Shown here: positions 9,013 through 19,835 of the stretch, piece after piece | Numbering within the stretch: position 1 is the stretch's first letter | Layout: each line of letters begins with the position of its first letter | Source of the DNA: Bacillota bacterium | GTDB lineage: Bacteria; Bacillota_I; Bacilli_A; RF39; UBA660 | Direction: 5' to 3' | NCBI GenBank assembly: GCA_015059195.1 | Contig: SVAW01000003.1 | Coordinates: forward strand, 30,445 to 94,444 | DNA: 64,000 bases | Made by a program: the position numbers and the translations under genes | The notes under the pieces: generated by a model | What the model was told of the DNA's origin: nothing | Databases searched by the model: none | What the model saw: the letters and a program-made list of their open reading frames with translations, nothing else

Positions 9013-10215
9013 ATGGATATACAATTAAAAATAGCATTAGATAACGAAAAAACACGTCAACAAAATAATATAGAGTTAATTGCATCAGAAAACTATGTTT
9101 CAGATAGTATATTAGAATTACAGGGGAGCATTTTTACTAATAAATATGCTGAAGGTTACCCAAATAAAAGATATTATGGTGGGTGTGAAAATGTAGATAC
9201 AGTTGAAAATCTTGCCATTTCATATGCGTGCCAATTATTTAATGTAAAGTTTGCAAATGTTCAACCGCATAGTGGTAGTAGCGCCAATATGGCAGTTTAT
9301 AGATCTTTATTAAATCACGGCGATAAGGTATTAGCTCTTAATTTAGACCAAGGTGGACATTTAACCCATGGTCATAAAATTAACTTTAGTGGTATTGATT
9401 ATGAAATGCATTTTTATCAGGTAGATCCTCTGACGCACATGATTGACTATAATGTGGTAGAGGAAATTGCGTTAAAAGAGCAACCAAAAATGATCATAGC
9501 TGGAGCTAGTGCATATTCTAGAGCCATTGATTTTAAAAAGTTTAGAGAAATTGCAGATAAATGTGGGGCGTATTTAATGGTGGATATGGCGCATATCGCA
9601 GGACTTGTAGCCACAAGGTTACACCAAAACCCTACAGAATATGCACACGTAGTTACATCTACTACCCACAAAACACTTAGAGGACCAAGGGGTGGTTTAA
9701 TTTTAACTAATGATGAAGAAATTATAAAAAAGATAAATAAAACAATTTTTCCTGGTATTCAGGGAGGCCCATTAATGCATGTAATAGCTGCTAAAGCTCA
9801 ATGTTTTTATGAGGCACTACAACCCGAATTTAAATTATACCAACAACAAGTACTTAAAAATTGTAAAGTGTTATGTGATACATTAAAAGGATTTGGGGTT
9901 AAAGTTATTACAGGAGGCACTGATAACCATTTAATTTTAATTGATGTAAAATCATCTTTTGGTATAAATGGCAAAGAAGCAGAGGAAATTTTAGATAAAA
10001 TTAACATCACTGTAAATAAAAATGCGATTCCTTTTGATACAGAGTCACCTATGATTACTAGTGGAATTAGAATAGGTACTCCCGCAATGACAACAAGAGG
10101 GTTTAAAGAAAATGAGTTTAAACTAATTGGGGAGATAATTTATAAGGCTTTAAATAAAGACACAGATTTAAATGAGCTTAAAGCAGCTGTATTAGATTTA
10201 ACAAAGAATATTTAG
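9013..10215 (+). CDS. glyA: serine hydroxymethyltransferase
   Basis: Hallmark SHMT sequence including PLP-lysine region [18 protein letters not shown] 9013 preceded by AGAGGG. Confidence 0.95.
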   Translation: MDIQLKIALDNEKTRQQNNIELIASENYVSDSILELQGSIFTNKYAEGYPNKRYYGGCENVDTVENLAISYACQLFNVKFANVQPHSGSSANMAVYRSLLNHGDKVLALNLDQGGHLTHGHKINFSGIDYEMHFYQVDPLTHMIDYNVVEEIALKEQPKMIIAGASAYSRAIDFKKFREIADKCGAYLMVDMAHIAGLVATRLHQNPTEYAHVVTSTTHKTLRGPRGGLILTNDEEIIKKINKTIFPGIQGGPLMHVIAAKAQCFYEALQPEFKLYQQQVLKNCKVLCDTLKGFGVKVITGGTDNHLILIDVKSSFGINGKEAEEILDKINITVNKNAIPFDTESPMITSGIRIGTPAMTTRGFKENEFKLIGEIIYKALNKDTDLNELKAAVLDLTKNI

Positions 10216-10226
10216 GAGGTAAAAAT

Positions 10227-11063
10227 ATGATAATGGATGGCAAGGAATTAAGTAGAAAAATAAGAGAAGAAATAAGGACAGAGGTTAAATCATACATGAT
10301 TAAACCTTGTTTAGCAGTAATTCAAATTGGAGATGACCCTGCCAGCAATGTTTATGTCGCTTCAAAAGAAAAAGCATGCAATGAAGCTGGGATATATTTT
10401 AAACATATTAAGTATTCAGAGGATACTCGCGAAAAAGAAATAATTAACAAAATTGTTGAAATGAATAATGATGAATATGTAAATGGAATCCTATTACAAC
10501 TGCCAATCCCAGAAAAATATAATTCAGAACGAATTATTAATTACATTGCTCGTAATAAAGACGTAGACGGATTAACAGATATAAACGTCGGGAAATTATT
10601 AAATAATAAAAAATGCCTAGTTTCATGTACTCCCCAAGGGATTATGGAACTAATGAAACATTATCAGATTGATTTAGAAGGGAAAAATGTTGTTATAGTA
10701 GGTCGAAGCAACTTGGTCGGGAAACCCTTAATCAGCCTGTTTTTAAATCATAATGCCACCGTATCCATATGTCATTCGAAAACAGTAAACCTTAAAAGTT
10801 ATACGTTAAATGCAGATATATTAGTAGTTGCTGTAGGTAAAAAATATATTATTACTGAAGACATGATAAAAAAGGATGCGATTGTCATTGATGTTGGTAT
10901 TAATCGCGAAAATAATATGATATACGGCGATGTAGATTTTGAAAAGGTAAAAGAAAAAGCTTCTTATATCACTCCTGTACCAGGAGGAGTAGGACCAATG
11001 ACTGTAGCAATGCTTTTAAGAAATGTTAATGAGTGTTATAAAAAGATGAACACCAGTAAATAA
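10227..11063 (+). CDS. folD: bifunctional methylenetetrahydrofolate dehydrogenase/cyclohydrolase
   Basis: 278 aa with the FolD fold pattern (GRSNLVGKP NAD(P)-binding region). Adjacent to glyA. Confidence 0.9.
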   Translation: MIMDGKELSRKIREEIRTEVKSYMIKPCLAVIQIGDDPASNVYVASKEKACNEAGIYFKHIKYSEDTREKEIINKIVEMNNDEYVNGILLQLPIPEKYNSERIINYIARNKDVDGLTDINVGKLLNNKKCLVSCTPQGIMELMKHYQIDLEGKNVVIVGRSNLVGKPLISLFLNHNATVSICHSKTVNLKSYTLNADILVVAVGKKYIITEDMIKKDAIVIDVGINRENNMIYGDVDFEKVKEKASYITPVPGGVGPMTVAMLLRNVNECYKKMNTSK

Positions 11064-11081
11064 TATTACTGGTGATTTTTT

Positions 11082-11864
11082 ATGAAAACAATTCTTTTTA
11101 CCGGCGCTAGAGGCGGAATATCAGCAGCGGTAATAAATAGATTAACAGATCAAGATTATTTTATTTATGTAACAGTTCATACAACAGAACAATTAAAAGA
11201 AGTTAGCGAAAAATATAAAGAATTTAAAAATGTAAAATGTTTTAAACTAGATGTTAATAGTAAAAAAGACCGCGACAAATTAAAATCTGTAGATATAGAT
11301 ATTTTAGTTAGCAACGCTGCAATTGGATATGGTGGTTCGGTAGCAAATATGGATTTAAAAAGGTTGAGGGACAATTTTGAAACAAATGTTTTTTCAAATT
11401 TTGAAATCATTCAAATGGTGCTACAAAACATGTTAAATAAAAATTCCGGGAAAATAATCGTAATTTCTTCACTTGCCGGTGTTATGCCATTACGTTTTTT
11501 AGGCAGTTATTGTGCGACTAAAGCTAGTATTAATAAACTAACACAGTGTTTAAACAAAGAATTAAAATTGATAAATAAAAATATTAAAATAAAACTAATA
11601 ATGCCAGGTATGTACCATACAGGCTTTAATCAAGTAATGTTAGAAAATAAATATCCTGAATTAAAAGAGTCAATATTTAGCTCTAAAGAAAAAGATATAA
11701 GATTTATAGAAGATTTGTTTTGGAATACATTTGAATATCAAAATTTAGATTCAATCACTAACAAAATTTACAAGGCAATTACAAAAGATAGTAAAAAATT
11801 TTTATATATAGCGCCATTTTCACAACAAATAGGCGCAAAATTGTATCAAATGTTTAAATGGTAA
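11082..11864 (+). CDS. short-chain dehydrogenase/reductase (SDR) family oxidoreductase
   Basis: N-terminal TGARGGIS (TGxxxGIG-like) and the YCATKAS catalytic YxxxK motif. Confidence 0.8.
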   Translation: MKTILFTGARGGISAAVINRLTDQDYFIYVTVHTTEQLKEVSEKYKEFKNVKCFKLDVNSKKDRDKLKSVDIDILVSNAAIGYGGSVANMDLKRLRDNFETNVFSNFEIIQMVLQNMLNKNSGKIIVISSLAGVMPLRFLGSYCATKASINKLTQCLNKELKLINKNIKIKLIMPGMYHTGFNQVMLENKYPELKESIFSSKEKDIRFIEDLFWNTFEYQNLDSITNKIYKAITKDSKKFLYIAPFSQQIGAKLYQMFKW

Positions 11865-11929
11865 TAAATTTTTTAAAAAAGTATTGTAAAAGTATCTATT
11901 TTATGATATATTTATAGTGCTTTATTCAT

Positions 11930-12006
11930 GGCGATGTAGCTCAGCTGGCTAGAGCGTCCGGTTCATACCCGGAAGGTCGTGGGTTCGATCCCCTCCGTCG
12001 CTACCA
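11930..12006 (+). tRNA. tRNA-Met (anticodon CAU; alternatively tRNA-Ile2/lysidine)
   Basis: Cloverleaf: acceptor GGCGAUG, D-arm GCUC-AGCUGGCUA-GAGC, anticodon stem UCCGG/CCGGA with loop UUCAUAC (anticodon CAU), T-loop UUCGAUC, encoded CCA at 12004-12006. Confidence 0.85.
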
Positions 12007-12012
12007 TAGATG

Positions 12013-12044
12013 TAATTTGCCCTTGGTTTTCAAGGTTTTTTTAT
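12013..12044 (+). terminator. intrinsic terminator after tRNA
   Basis: ccttggttttcaagg hairpin followed by a T-run. Confidence 0.55.
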
Positions 12045-12164
12045 TTGCTAAAATCTATTTTATAGTTCTATTTTGTCATATTATTGTGTTGGTTTTGTGT
12101 TCTAGCATATTTGACTACATAAATAAATAATATTATAATTGTAATATATCGTTAGGAGGTATAT

Positions 12165-14474
12165 ATGTTAGAAATTACAAATATTAACAAAAGTTATAAA
12201 ACAGGAGATTTTGTTCAGGATGCCTTAAAGGGTGTAAGTTTAAAATTTCGAAAGCATGAATTTGTTAGCGTATTAGGTCCAAGTGGAAGCGGTAAGACCA
12301 CGTTACTTAATATCATTGGTGGGCTTGATCGTTACACATCGGGGGATTTAATAATAAACAATACATCTACCAAAAAATTTAAAGATAGTGATTGGGATGC
12401 ATATAGAAATAATTCTGTAGGATTTATTTTTCAAAGCTACAATTTAATTGGGCACATTTCTGTTTTAGCAAATGTAGAAATGGCTTTAACGTTAAGTGGA
12501 GTATCTAGTCAAAAAAGACGCAAAATGGCTAAAGAAGCTCTAGAAAAAGTGGGACTTCTTGATCATATTCATAAGAAACCGAACCAACTATCTGGTGGGC
12601 AAATGCAAAGGGTAGCCATTGCCAGGGCATTAGTTAATGATCCAGATATCATTTTGGCAGATGAGCCAACCGGAGCATTAGATTCAAAAACCAGCATACA
12701 AATAATGGACCTAATAAAAGAAATTTCTCATGATAAATTAGTTATTATGGTTACACACAATCCAGATTTAGCCAGAGATTATGCATCAAGGATCATTGAA
12801 TTAAAAGATGGTGAATTAGTTAGTGATAGTAATCCAATAACTGAATCAGACAAAGTAAAAGGAGTATATAAATTAAAGAAAACAGCAATGACTTATTTAA
12901 CTGCATTAAAGCTGTCTTTCAATAACATTAAAACTAAAAAAGGAAGAACTATTTTAACCGCCTTTGCAAGCAGTATCGGGATTATCGGAATAGCATTAGT
13001 ATTATCGTTATCAAACGGTTTTAACATTCAAATAGAAAAATTTCAAACTGATGCCTTATCTTCGATGCCAATTTTAATCACTGAACAGTCTATGAACTTA
13101 GATGAAGAAACATTAAGAAAAATGGAATCAACTGTCACAGGCAAAGAATATGAAAGTTATCCAAATATCAATTATATATATCCAGAAGAAATTATTACTG
13201 AAACAGTAACCCACACAAATAAAATAACTTCTGAATTTATGGAATATATTGAAAAAATAAATCCAAATTCTGTTTCAGGCGTTTCATATACACGCGCTAC
13301 AGCACTAAATTTATTGGTAAAAAGTAACGATAAATATATGCCTTTTTCACAGAACTTCTTTACTGTTATGCCAAAAACACTTGATAAAAATCAAAATGGA
13401 GTTTTAGAAGACAATTATGATATTTTAGCAGGTAATATGCCTAAAAGAAAAGAAGATATAGTCTTAATAGTAGATTCTAAAAACAGGGTTAATGGTGAGC
13501 TTTTATTAGCGCTAGGTTACGATATAACTAAAGAAACTATAGACTTTAATGATTTATTAGGTAAAGAACTTAAATTAATATTAAATGATCAATTCTATCA
13601 AAAAATAAAGAACATTTATACATATAATTTAGATTTTAAAACATTGTACAATAGTGATACTGCCATTACATTAAAAGTAAGTGGTATCCTAAGAGGCAAA
13701 GAAGATAAAAAGTTAGTCTCAGCCACATCAGGTCTTGCGCACACTGAAGAATTAGTTGAATATATTGTTGAAGAAAATTCTAAGTCGCAAATCGTATCAG
13801 ATCAAAAAAATGCGGATTATAATGTTTTATCCGGTCAAATGTTTGATCTTGAAACAGACGCAGGAATTAAAGAAAAAGAAAATATGTTATCTTACTTAGG
13901 TGGGGACAGTGTGCCAGTTATGATTTCCATTTATCCTAGAAACTTTGATATGAAAGACGAAATTATTGAATATTTAGATAAATATAATAAAAATAAAGAT
14001 GATTTAGATAAAATAGTATACACTGATATGGCAGATTTAATTTCTACATTATCTGGTAGTATTATGGACGCAATTACAATAGTATTAATCGCATTTTCTG
14101 CAATTTCATTAGTGGTTTCTGTAATTATGATAGGAATAATTACTTATATTTCTGTGTTAGAACGTACTAAAGAAATCGGCGTGTTACGTGCCTTGGGAGC
14201 CAGAAAAAAAGATATCACAAGAGTGTTTAATGCAGAAACATTTATAATAGGTATCACATCTGGATTGATTGGAATTATTATTGCTCGTTTATTAGTAATT
14301 CCTACAAACATCATAATTGAAAATCTAACAGAATTACCAAATGTAGCTAAATTAAATCCAGTACACGCACTAATATTAATAATTATAAGCGTTAGTTTAA
14401 CTATAATAGGTGGGGCTATTCCTGCTAAAATGGCATCTAAAAAAGATCCTGTGATTGCATTAAGAACAGAGTAA
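12165..14474 (+). CDS. ABC transporter, fused ATP-binding domain and FtsX-family permease (MacB-like)
   Basis: Walker [10 protein letters not shown], signature [15 protein letters not shown], Walker [13 protein letters not shown]-terminal FtsX-type TM bundle after a large extracytoplasmic domain. Promoter TTGACT-17-TATAAT at about 12112-12140. Confidence 0.8.
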   Translation: MLEITNINKSYKTGDFVQDALKGVSLKFRKHEFVSVLGPSGSGKTTLLNIIGGLDRYTSGDLIINNTSTKKFKDSDWDAYRNNSVGFIFQSYNLIGHISVLANVEMALTLSGVSSQKRRKMAKEALEKVGLLDHIHKKPNQLSGGQMQRVAIARALVNDPDIILADEPTGALDSKTSIQIMDLIKEISHDKLVIMVTHNPDLARDYASRIIELKDGELVSDSNPITESDKVKGVYKLKKTAMTYLTALKLSFNNIKTKKGRTILTAFASSIGIIGIALVLSLSNGFNIQIEKFQTDALSSMPILITEQSMNLDEETLRKMESTVTGKEYESYPNINYIYPEEIITETVTHTNKITSEFMEYIEKINPNSVSGVSYTRATALNLLVKSNDKYMPFSQNFFTVMPKTLDKNQNGVLEDNYDILAGNMPKRKEDIVLIVDSKNRVNGELLLALGYDITKETIDFNDLLGKELKLILNDQFYQKIKNIYTYNLDFKTLYNSDTAITLKVSGILRGKEDKKLVSATSGLAHTEELVEYIVEENSKSQIVSDQKNADYNVLSGQMFDLETDAGIKEKENMLSYLGGDSVPVMISIYPRNFDMKDEIIEYLDKYNKNKDDLDKIVYTDMADLISTLSGSIMDAITIVLIAFSAISLVVSVIMIGIITYISVLERTKEIGVLRALGARKKDITRVFNAETFIIGITSGLIGIIIARLLVIPTNIIIENLTELPNVAKLNPVHALILIIISVSLTIIGGAIPAKMASKKDPVIALRTE

Positions 14475-14533
14475 TTTTACTCTTTTTCTTTTGTATATTT
14501 TGTGTTAAAATATGTTTGAAAAAGAGGTGAAAT

Positions 14534-15148
14534 ATGAAGATTAATTATCAAATAAAATTGGAAGAAATTATAGAACAAGAAAAGGATAAAACTCCCAAAC
14601 TTTTATTGCATACATGTTGTGCTCCTTGTAGTAGTTATGTCTTAGAGTATTTAAGTACATTTTTTAATATTACCATTCTTTATTATAATCCTAATATTTC
14701 ACCATATGAAGAATATTTAAAACGTTTATCAGAACAAAAAAGATTAATTACCGAATTAGAAACTAAAAATCCTGTAAGGCTATTAGAGTCTGATTACGAT
14801 AATGATAAATTTGAAATGATGGCATCTGGTTTAGAAAATGAACCTGAAAGAGGCGCTAGATGTTTAAAATGTTATCGTTTACGCCTAGAGCAAACCGCAA
14901 AGGTTGCTAAAGAAAATGGTTTTGATTATTTTGGGACCTCCCTAAGCGTTAGCCCATATAAAAATAGCGAGGCATTAAACCAAATAGGTGAGGATTTATC
15001 CTCAAAGTACAATATCCCATATCTATATGCTGATTTTAAAAAAAGAGAGGGATATAAGCGTTCTATTGAACTATCTAGGCAATATAATCTATACCGCCAA
15101 GATTACTGCGGATGTAAATATTCAAAGAAAAAAGACATTAACGAATAA
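14534..15148 (+). CDS. queH: epoxyqueuosine reductase QueH (DUF208)
   Basis: LLLHTCCAPCSSYVLEYL cysteine cluster and a C-terminal CGC motif typical of QueH. Confidence 0.8.
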   Translation: MKINYQIKLEEIIEQEKDKTPKLLLHTCCAPCSSYVLEYLSTFFNITILYYNPNISPYEEYLKRLSEQKRLITELETKNPVRLLESDYDNDKFEMMASGLENEPERGARCLKCYRLRLEQTAKVAKENGFDYFGTSLSVSPYKNSEALNQIGEDLSSKYNIPYLYADFKKREGYKRSIELSRQYNLYRQDYCGCKYSKKKDINE

Positions 15149-15155
15149 TGTCTTT

Positions 15156-15704
15156 TTATATTAAGCGAATTTCATGCTCTCCATAAAATTGTTTGTTTTT
15201 ATCAATGCGATCATAAAATAAGATTCCATTTAGATGATCTATTTCGTGTTGAAACGCAATTGCCAAATCTTCTCTTGCTCGGACCCTAATTTGATTTCCA
15301 TCTTCATCATATCCTTCAACCGTAACTCTTGCATATCTAGGGACGTGTCCTTCTACCTCTCTGTTAACACTTAAACATCCTTCACCAGCTTCTGCCGCAA
15401 TAATCTCTTCAGAATTGCTTATAATAACAGGATTGATAAATACATAATTATCGAAAGTATTTTCCTCTACTTCATGGACAATCACAATAATTCTCTTATT
15501 AATTCCCAGTTGAGGGAAAGCAAGACCCATTCCAGGTCTCAAATTATACTTTTTTTCGTATTCTTCTATTTGACTATATGTTAAATGATCTATCATTTGT
15601 TGAATCAATTTTTTTTCATCTTGTGATAAAGGAAATGTTGCTTCTTTGCTCACATTTCTTAAAACAGAATCTTTTTCATCAACTATATCTAATTTTTTAA
15701 ACAT
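15156..15704 (-). CDS. def: peptide deformylase
   Basis: Motifs GxGLAAxQ-like (GMGLAFPQLG), EGCLS and HEIDHLNG. Confidence 0.9.
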   Translation of the reverse strand: MFKKLDIVDEKDSVLRNVSKEATFPLSQDEKKLIQQMIDHLTYSQIEEYEKKYNLRPGMGLAFPQLGINKRIIVIVHEVEENTFDNYVFINPVIISNSEEIIAAEAGEGCLSVNREVEGHVPRYARVTVEGYDEDGNQIRVRAREDLAIAFQHEIDHLNGILFYDRIDKNKQFYGEHEIRLI

Positions 15705-15764
15705 AATATCAACTCCGTACCACTATTTTACCACAAAAAATAAAAAAAGGAAGCAGAAACTTCC

Positions 15765-15944
15765 TTATCTATTGTTAGAGCATTGATTAAATGCACGAGA
15801 ACCTATAACAATTACTAATAAAATAAATAATACTAATATAATTGCTGCTCCGTATCCTGTACCATATCCACCGCCATAACCATAGTTTTGTTGCCCACAG
15901 CCACAGCCATTACCGTAACCTTGATAACCACCGTAATAATACAT
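15765..15944 (-). CDS. YjcZ-like small Gly/Tyr-rich sporulation membrane peptide (59 aa, below ORF-track cutoff)
   Basis: Manual translation: MYYYGGYQGYGNGCGCGQQNYGYGGGYGTGYGAAIILVLFILLVIVIGSRAFNQCSNNR. GGAGG 8 nt upstream of ATG. Terminator hairpin aaggaagcagaaacttcctt plus U-run downstream on the minus strand. Confidence 0.6.
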   Translation of the reverse strand: MYYYGGYQGYGNGCGCGQQNYGYGGGYGTGYGAAIILVLFILLVIVIGSRAFNQCSNNR

Positions 15945-16081
15945 AACATTACCTCCATTCTTCTAATATAGTTTATTATATTAAGTAGATTTTGCTTATA
16001 TATATGACCTAATTTTATAAAATAATTTAAGTATTCAAAAAAGATAGATAATGTGTTATTATATTAATAGTAGGTGGGGAA

Positions 16082-17254
16082 ATGAAAGGAATAATAAGAA
16101 CAATTAGAAAAACATATAGAGACATGGATAAGACTTTATTTTGGTCTACAATTGCTATGTTTGTTTTTGGGTTGCTTAGTATTGTTTCAGCTTCAAGCAG
16201 GGAAGCGGTAGTTCGATATGGTTCAACACTTTATCACTACTTTTTTAGGCAACTCATAATGATGTCGGCGGGCTTTGTTTTATCTTTCTTTATTATAAAT
16301 GTTAATTCAAAAAAATATAAGTCATATGCCCTAATTGGATTTATAGGGGTTAACTTGTTATTAATATATTTGTGGCTATATGGTACAGCGCATAAGGGAG
16401 CTCAAAACTGGCTGTATATCCCGTTTTTAGGTTCATTTCAGCCAAGCGAATTTGCTAAACCTGTCATTATAGTATGCTTATCACTATTATTTGATCAATT
16501 TTATAAAAACTTACGTAATCCTAAAATAAAACATTGGGATATGATTGGTACTATTTTAGTTGTTGGATTATTTTCTGCGGTTATTGTATTCTTGCAAAAA
16601 GATCTTGGGACTATGATGATTATAGTAGCTATATTTGGTGTCATGTTTATGGCTAGCCCAATATTAAGAAGTGAAAAAATTAAAACTATCGGGTTATTAT
16701 TAATAGTAGGAACTATTGGGGCTCTTGGAATGTACGCAATTAAAGGATATATCCTTACCGATGCTCAATTAAGCAGGTTTAATTTTTTTAATCCATGCAC
16801 AAGATATGAAACCGGTGGATATCAAGTATGCAATGGTTTTATTGCTTTAAATGATGGGGGTTTATTTGGGCTTGGAATAGGGAAGAGTAAACAAAAATAC
16901 TCATATATTTCTGAACCACACACTGACTCAATATTTGCGATAATTGGGGAAGAATTAGGTTTCTTTAGAAGTTCCTTAGTATTTGGTATATATATACTCA
17001 TTTTGTACCGAATTCTTAAATTATCTTCAAACGCTAATACTATTCGAGGCAAATATATATGCTTAGGAGTAGCAGTTTACTTATTTATGCACATATTTTT
17101 AAACCTTGGTGGGATATTAGGGATTATACCATTAACTGGGGTGCCTTTGCCTTTCTTAAGCTATGGAGGTTCATTTACAATATCCTTTATTATATCTTTA
17201 ACTTTAGTGCAAAGAGTAGCAATTGAAACCAATCGTCAAAAAATAACTGTTTAA
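16082..17254 (+). CDS. SEDS-family peptidoglycan glycosyltransferase (FtsW/RodA/SpoVE)
   Basis: 390 aa with 10 TM segments. Conserved SEDS regions (GAQNWLYIP-, SEFAKP, PLTGVPLPFLSYGGS). Confidence 0.85.
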   Translation: MKGIIRTIRKTYRDMDKTLFWSTIAMFVFGLLSIVSASSREAVVRYGSTLYHYFFRQLIMMSAGFVLSFFIINVNSKKYKSYALIGFIGVNLLLIYLWLYGTAHKGAQNWLYIPFLGSFQPSEFAKPVIIVCLSLLFDQFYKNLRNPKIKHWDMIGTILVVGLFSAVIVFLQKDLGTMMIIVAIFGVMFMASPILRSEKIKTIGLLLIVGTIGALGMYAIKGYILTDAQLSRFNFFNPCTRYETGGYQVCNGFIALNDGGLFGLGIGKSKQKYSYISEPHTDSIFAIIGEELGFFRSSLVFGIYILILYRILKLSSNANTIRGKYICLGVAVYLFMHIFLNLGGILGIIPLTGVPLPFLSYGGSFTISFIISLTLVQRVAIETNRQKITV

Positions 17255-17317
17255 ACAGTTATTTTTTTGTGTTATAATATTTAACACATAGTTTAAAGAT
17301 TAGAAGAGGTAATATAT

Positions 17318-19732
17318 ATGAATACAGACAAATTAAATAAATTATATGAAGGCATAATTTCCGGGGATGAATTAGCTACCAAAAATTTAAATAGTTACGG
17401 TTTTTCATCAAAAGAAATTAATGGTTTGATAGAAGCTGGAATAATTGAAAGAGTCCAAAGAGGTATATACAAATTTTTATCAGTTGAAAGCCTATTTCAA
17501 TATGGTATGAGTTTTAGAAAAGATGGAAATCATGATAAAGCAATTATAGTATTTAAACATTGCCTAAAACTAGATCCTAATCATTGGGGCAGTGCTAAAC
17601 ATCTATTTTCAAATGCGGTATATAATTCAAACTGGAATGATGCCTTAGAATACTTAAAAGCTCTTACAAATGGTGCCAGCGCATATACTAAACCTGACTA
17701 TAACATATATTTATATTTATTAAATCAGATTACTGATTTACCAGAAGAATATCAAACATTAGCAAAAAGTTATACTATTAAAGACTTTTTATTAGCAAAA
17801 AACGATGATAGATATAAAGATAAAACTGCTCAAAATAAAATCATATCAGCTATTTTCAATCAAAAGTTTATATATGCGTTTAAGCTATTGAGAGAAGAAA
17901 TTGCACAAAATAATAATGTTGCCAACTATCGAGATTTTATAATTCGAAATTTATTATATAACGTCTGCGCAATAGAAAATAAATTTGTTATAAACATGTT
18001 AGAACTCATTAAATGTGAAGAATATGAAGAATTGATTACAGTACTTAAACAAAAGAGTGAAAGATGTAATTTATCTCAATATGAGAAAACAGTATTTAAT
18101 CTTGTTAACGCTTTAATAAAAATTATTAAGACTAGCCAAGTCCCAACTAAAAGCGCTAATGAATATGCTACTGTATTTGACGCGATTGATGCTTGTGATT
18201 ATTGTGCCGCTTTAAATTTAAGCCAGCGACATAACTCAACCCGCCAAACCAATAATACTGGTGATGCTATTTATCTTTTATTAGAGGCAATTGTAAATAA
18301 AATACATGAATTAACTTCGCCTAAAATAGAAGAAAAGAAAGTAGAAGAACCTAAGGTAGAAAGTAATATAACTATATTAGATGTATTAAATTATTTATTA
18401 GTTCAAGACATTGAAGGAGCTCATTCAGCTGTTAAATCTTATTTACAACAACTTAACAAACCAGAATATAGTTTCTTAGTTTTAAATCTTATAAAATTAA
18501 GTGTATTTGAACAAGATGCTGCGTTTACTAAACCTATGCTAGCACTAACAAATATTACTAATAACAAATTTGAATTTAATATTGTTGAATATATTCAAGC
18601 ATTTTATACATCTCTTTCACAAAAGAAATTCCAAGAAGCTAGAATTTATTTAGATATTATGGCAAATGCCAATAAACTAGGTTATCCAGAAATTGCAGTC
18701 GATGCTTTAACTCAAATATTAAATTTTCAAGAGGGAAGAATAGAAGAGACGGTACATCAAGTAGAAATAAATAACAAATCAGAGACACCGGTAGAACAAG
18801 AACCTGTTCCGGGAGTGCAAACTAAGCCAATTGAGCCAAAACAAAAATGCATTAAAGAAAAACCTAAGATAGTAGCCCCAACACCTCGAAATAGCGAATT
18901 AGAATTTATTGAGGCTAAATATCAAAAATTACTTCAAGAGCGTGGCGCAATCCTGTTAAGACCTATGAATGCAGAACGAAGAAAAGGAATTCATAGACTA
19001 ATGATAAAATATTCTAATATGGAATCATTTAGCATTGGTGAAGGAGAACAGAGAAGAGTTGTATTACGATATGTTTCTCAAGACCGTTCATTTGTTTCTT
19101 TTAACGCATTACTTCGCGAAGCAAATCGCGCGTATCATGAGAAAGACTATCAATTATGTATTGATAACTGTTTAACAGTTTTAAGTTTAGGAAAACCGCC
19201 TGCGCATGTATATATTAGACTTGGGCTTGCTTATATGAAATTATTTAAAATAAAGGAAGCCATTGATTATCTAACAATCGGAAATTATCTAGATAAAGGT
19301 TCAGAGCGTCAACAGGAGTTAGAAGATTTAATTGCCAAACTTAAAGGGGAATATGACAACGAAGATAAAAAGCCAGTAGTTCAAATGAGTGAAAAAGAAT
19401 TTCAAAATGATTTAGATAACAATTACGGGATATCAAACATAAGCGCAATAACCCAATTAGTAACAGAAGAAGGAATATCTATTACAGAAGCTTGTTTCGA
19501 ACTAGGTTTGTCCGAAGAAACTTCTAACATCGTAAAATTAATATATGCCCGTACATATTATGCACAAGGCGATTATATATACGGAGACATATTCTTAAAA
19601 TCTGTTGAAAAGAGTTCAGCAAAAAATGGAACAATTATAAATATATTAGACGAAATAAAAAGAAATAAAAAGTTTTATTCTAATAGGGTACTGGAACCAG
19701 GAAACAGGTTATCACTAACCATCAAACCTTAA
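17318..19732 (+). CDS. large hypothetical protein with putative N-terminal HTH, TPR-like repeats and central R3H-like motif
   Basis: 804 aa. ERRKGIHRLM fits the R-x-x-x-H R3H signature. TPR-like segments near residues 60-110 and 600-660. No catalytic motif recognised. Confidence 0.55.
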   Translation: MNTDKLNKLYEGIISGDELATKNLNSYGFSSKEINGLIEAGIIERVQRGIYKFLSVESLFQYGMSFRKDGNHDKAIIVFKHCLKLDPNHWGSAKHLFSNAVYNSNWNDALEYLKALTNGASAYTKPDYNIYLYLLNQITDLPEEYQTLAKSYTIKDFLLAKNDDRYKDKTAQNKIISAIFNQKFIYAFKLLREEIAQNNNVANYRDFIIRNLLYNVCAIENKFVINMLELIKCEEYEELITVLKQKSERCNLSQYEKTVFNLVNALIKIIKTSQVPTKSANEYATVFDAIDACDYCAALNLSQRHNSTRQTNNTGDAIYLLLEAIVNKIHELTSPKIEEKKVEEPKVESNITILDVLNYLLVQDIEGAHSAVKSYLQQLNKPEYSFLVLNLIKLSVFEQDAAFTKPMLALTNITNNKFEFNIVEYIQAFYTSLSQKKFQEARIYLDIMANANKLGYPEIAVDALTQILNFQEGRIEETVHQVEINNKSETPVEQEPVPGVQTKPIEPKQKCIKEKPKIVAPTPRNSELEFIEAKYQKLLQERGAILLRPMNAERRKGIHRLMIKYSNMESFSIGEGEQRRVVLRYVSQDRSFVSFNALLREANRAYHEKDYQLCIDNCLTVLSLGKPPAHVYIRLGLAYMKLFKIKEAIDYLTIGNYLDKGSERQQELEDLIAKLKGEYDNEDKKPVVQMSEKEFQNDLDNNYGISNISAITQLVTEEGISITEACFELGLSEETSNIVKLIYARTYYAQGDYIYGDIFLKSVEKSSAKNGTIINILDEIKRNKKFYSNRVLEPGNRLSLTIKP

Positions 19733-19835
19733 GCAATATTTATTATTGCTTTTTTACTATTCTTTATGAACAAATTTATGGCTTCTTAATTTACACAAAC
19801 AATTAGAAATGATATAATAATATCTAGGTGGTAGT

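Noticed and set aside
11930-12006. Apparent G1-U72 and a T50-T64 mismatch in the tRNA cloverleaf; possible pseudo-tRNA.
   Set aside because: All other arms and the anticodon loop are canonical, CCA is encoded, and promoter and terminator flank it. The apparent mismatches may come from my manual alignment; treated as a functional tRNA-Met(CAU).
15951-16081. CATATATA motif upstream of the YjcZ-like gene as a sigma-K/sigma-E -10 element.
   Set aside because: The match to CATA-N3-TA / CATATAAT consensus is imperfect and cannot be distinguished from AT-rich background by eye.
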